NCBI GenBank assembly: GCA_965224195.1
Contig: OZ245040.1
Coordinates: 384,001 to 448,000 of the forward strand
Direction: 5' to 3'
Origin: Nitrosopumilus sp.
GTDB taxonomy: Archaea; Thermoproteota; Nitrososphaeria; Nitrososphaerales; Nitrosopumilaceae
DNA length: 64,000 bases
Each line of letters begins with the position of its first letter. Position 1 is the stretch's first letter. The notes under the pieces are model-generated. The model saw only the letters and a list, made by a program, of their open reading frames with translations. It searched no databases and had not been told where the DNA came from. Positions 61,110 through 64,000 of the stretch are shown here, one piece after another. A program made the translations under genes and the position numbers.

Positions 61110-61186
61110 GAAAATAATCAGAATGTGAGATCCAAAGCTATTGTGGTGTAATGATATTGATCAGATTGTTATTTGTTCGACAAAGT

Positions 61187-62725
61187 ACGGTGTATTACAA
61201 TCCGACAAATCCGTATACATTATCGGTTCCGACATGATCTTAACACTCATTGAACCAGATTTCGATTTTGACAATGATAGTGCTGAGACTTATGACTTGG
61301 ACTTAATTGAATGGGACTCTGATGCAGCAACTACCACTATGAGTAGTCTTGCCACCACACCGGCAATTACTGCAGCCTTTGACCCAGAACCAACAGACTT
61401 CAGAGAAACAGGTGATAGTACTGGAATCTTCCAGATTGTCATCGAGATTCCTGCTGCTCTAGGCGATGATAACCTTGAAAGAGGTGAAGAAATCGTTTTA
61501 GAGTACACTGATTGGGGTCCATCCGGTTCAGATTATGTAGGTGATGAAGATGTAAACATCAGTCTTCACATCTAATTTCGGTGCAACTGTCGAGCTCGAC
61601 CAAAAAGTATACTACTGGACTGATAAAGTCTATGTTACCGTAGTCGCTCCAGATCACAACTTTGACGGTGATCTAGTTGACGAAGTAGGAGACACTAATG
61701 ATGATCCAATAAAGATCTCCACTAGAAGCTTCAACTTAGATAACTACAAACTCGTCGAAACTGGAACCGACACAGGCATCTTCACAGGTGAAGTAATCCT
61801 CACTGGATTTACATCACATGATGCAGATGGTGACGGTAGTACAGGCGATGCTTCAGGAATTAAATCCGCTGATGGTGCAGGTCCAACTGATGGACTGCTA
61901 CCAACTGATGATGATGATGACGGCATTACTGTCTCCTTTGAATTCTCAGAGGATGAAACAGTAGTCGGTTCAGCACTTATCAGATGTAACATCGGTGAGG
62001 TACAATGGTTAGAAGCAAGTTATCCAGCAAGCGGAACAGGTGTTGTAAGAGTAATTGATTCAGACATGAACTTAAATCCAGAAGCAGTAGACAACTTCGA
62101 TGTAGATATCTGGCCTGACTCCGACGCCGGAGGTATTGACCTTACTGTAACTGAGACTAATGAGGCAACCGGAATTTTCGAAGGTACTGTATTCTTTACA
62201 GTCACTAACGAATCATCCGGTCACAGACTCAGAGTCGCAGAAGGTGACACTGTCACCGCAGAATATGAAGACAATACATTACCAGATCCGCACACAACTG
62301 CAGATGAACTTGATATCACTACCACTTCCCTAATCGGTACTGTAGTACCACCTCTCGAGAGAGCACCAGCTGCTAACTTGAGAACAATTGATGCCTTCGG
62401 CAACAGTTTAGATACTGTCTCCGTTGATCAACAGGTGCAAATCAGTGCTGACTTAGCAAATGGTCAGGATAGAGAGCAAACATTTGCATACTTGGTACAG
62501 ATCCAAGATGGTAACGGTATTACAGTCTCACTAGCATGGATTACAGGTTCACTATCTGCTGGTCAATCATTCAGCCCGGCATTATCATGGATTCCAACAA
62601 ACGTAGGAACTTACACAGCAACCGCATTTGTATGGGAATCAGTAGATAATCCAACAGCATTATCACCACCAGTCAGTACAACAGCATTATCACCACCAGT
62701 CAGTACAACAGTAACTGTACAGTAA
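61187..62725 (+). pseudogene. C-terminal fragment of a thaumarchaeal S-layer protein (SlaA-like)
   Basis: GVLQSDKSVYIIGSDMILTLIEPD, repeated ETG..TGIF motifs, C-terminal FVWESVDNPTALSP; no signal peptide or N-terminus; frameshift near 61560; C-ending codon bias typical of highly expressed genes. Confidence 0.8.
62654..62707 (+). repeat. 27-bp tandem duplication (TALSPPVST x2)
   Basis: acagcattatcaccaccagtcagtaca twice, perfect. Confidence 0.95.
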
Positions 62726-62836
62726 GATAACTAGTTCAAATTATCCTTTTTTTCTTTTTTTTGAATACCTCTTAACGAAAGTTATGCACAATTTTTTCAC
62801 AAGTAATATCTAGGAGAAGATTGAGAATAAATTAAA

Positions 62837-63808
62837 TTGAAATTTAAAATTTTATTTTCAACTTTAATTATTCTTTTACTTGCAAATATACCAAATTCAT
62901 TTGCAGAAGAACTTGAACTTTTTACAAACGGCAAAGTCTATTCTCCTGAACATACCATGCAAGTGTACGGTAAAGGATTACCTGAAGAAGATCTGATTCT
63001 ACGACTCTTTGCACCAGATGAAACAATTGCAAAATTTGATCAAATAACTACTGAATCTGATGGTTCTTTTAATCATGATTTACTTACTTGGCCTGAACCT
63101 TCTACTAATTTCCCTTATGGCACATATACTGTTGAAATAATTAGTACAGAACAAAATGGAATGTCTCAAAAAATTGATGTAAAATTTTCATCTACAACTG
63201 AATTACTTGATGTAACTGTAGAGAGATTTGTGAATACTTTGGTTTTTGCTCCTGAAACAGCTGCAAAAGGTCAGCCAATTCGAGTTTTTGTACAAACAAC
63301 AAGTGATGGATTATTGATTGGGAATGAACCTCGTGAATTATTGGGTACAACTCACGTACACCTACCTTCTGGAGTTTCTGTTACTTTATCTAATTCATTT
63401 AAGACATTACATCAGGGATTATACTATGTTGATTACACTCCAATTGAAGAAGGAACTCATGTGTTTCATGTGGTTGCATTTAGTCAAGGAACAACATCCC
63501 ATGGATCAGCAGCTACAACTGTATTGAGTCAAGATCTTGGAGGGATCTCAGAACAAATTGTTAAATTAAATTCTATTTTGGATCAAACATCAGATGAACT
63601 TGAAATTCTAAAATCTGAAATAAATGGCTTTGATACTACTCTGGAATATGCAAGTACCCAAATTGATGAAAATATTGGAACATTTGCACTTTCTGCAAAA
63701 TCCATTAGTGAATCTTCCGCGCAACTAAATGCATTATTGCTGCCAATCATTGCATCAGTGGGACTAATTGTTGCACTACAAATAGCAATTTTAGCTAGAA
63801 GAAGATAG
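62837..63808 (+). CDS. Secreted protein with Ig-like domains, a coiled coil and a C-terminal TM anchor (SlaB-like)
   Basis: Signal peptide, beta-rich region, heptad repeats, TM helix followed by RRR; directly after the S-layer fragment. Confidence 0.7.
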   Translation: MKFKILFSTLIILLLANIPNSFAEELELFTNGKVYSPEHTMQVYGKGLPEEDLILRLFAPDETIAKFDQITTESDGSFNHDLLTWPEPSTNFPYGTYTVEIISTEQNGMSQKIDVKFSSTTELLDVTVERFVNTLVFAPETAAKGQPIRVFVQTTSDGLLIGNEPRELLGTTHVHLPSGVSVTLSNSFKTLHQGLYYVDYTPIEEGTHVFHVVAFSQGTTSHGSAATTVLSQDLGGISEQIVKLNSILDQTSDELEILKSEINGFDTTLEYASTQIDENIGTFALSAKSISESSAQLNALLLPIIASVGLIVALQIAILARRR

Positions 63809-63839
63809 TTATAATAACATAAGAATTGAAAACAAATCA

Positions 63840-64000
63840 ATGCCCAAAGTGGCTATACTCTTTTTCATACTGTTGTTTTCTCCGATGATAACCAGTTCAC
63901 ATGCATTTATTCCTGTTGATTTGAAAACTGAAAATAATGATAAATATTCTTTAATTTTTGATTCTGATATTATAGATATTGATTCTGATTTTTTTGTTGA
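63840..64000 (+). CDS. Secreted protein (3' partial)
   Basis: MPKVAILFFILLFSPMITSSHA signal peptide; frame open to the window end. Confidence 0.55.
   Translation, partial: MPKVAILFFILLFSPMITSSHAFIPVDLKTENNDKYSLIFDSDIIDIDSDFFV

Noticed and set aside
61141-61186. N-terminus MWCNDIDQ... of ORF 61141-61575
   Set aside because: Chance read-through of junction DNA; S-layer similarity begins only near 61187
58701-62725. Integrase-mediated island or provirus at tRNA-Val
   Set aside because: No tyrosine or serine integrase and no duplicated tRNA 3' end seen; only IS remnants

Overview
AT-rich archaeal chromosome segment, most consistent with a marine ammonia-oxidising archaeon (Nitrosopumilus-like). 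The evidence is the tetraether synthase, archaeal SRP RNA, pelota, thaumarchaeal-type complex IV with a blue-copper protein, and an S-layer fragment. Layout: (1) 1-8.8 kb core genes, SRP RNA, an unannotated box C/D sRNA and tes; (2) 8.9-36.4 kb surface-glycan island with 7 GT4s, 3 nucleotide-sugar dehydrogenases, 4 SDR epimerases/decarboxylases, 3 methyltransferases, a sulfotransferase, a flippase-like gene and a NeuB/GmhA/KdsC/NeuA module; (3) mtnA, then a 2351-bp IS6-like element with 25-bp TIRs, an 8-bp TSD and three passenger ORFs; (4) 40-58.8 kb core genes, F420 genes, the cox cluster, three tRNAs, a frameshifted histidine kinase and a candidate structured ncRNA; (5) after tRNA-Val, degraded IS5-family elements, a 5'-truncated S-layer pseudogene and a SlaB-like anchor gene. 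Best leads: the cargo-carrying IS6-like element, an orphan membrane protein with two AmoC/PmoC-spaced metal motifs, the NeuB+GmhA ulosonate module, and a C/D sRNA predicted to target C34 of tRNA-Leu(CAA). All calls come from reading motifs by eye; no database searches were run.
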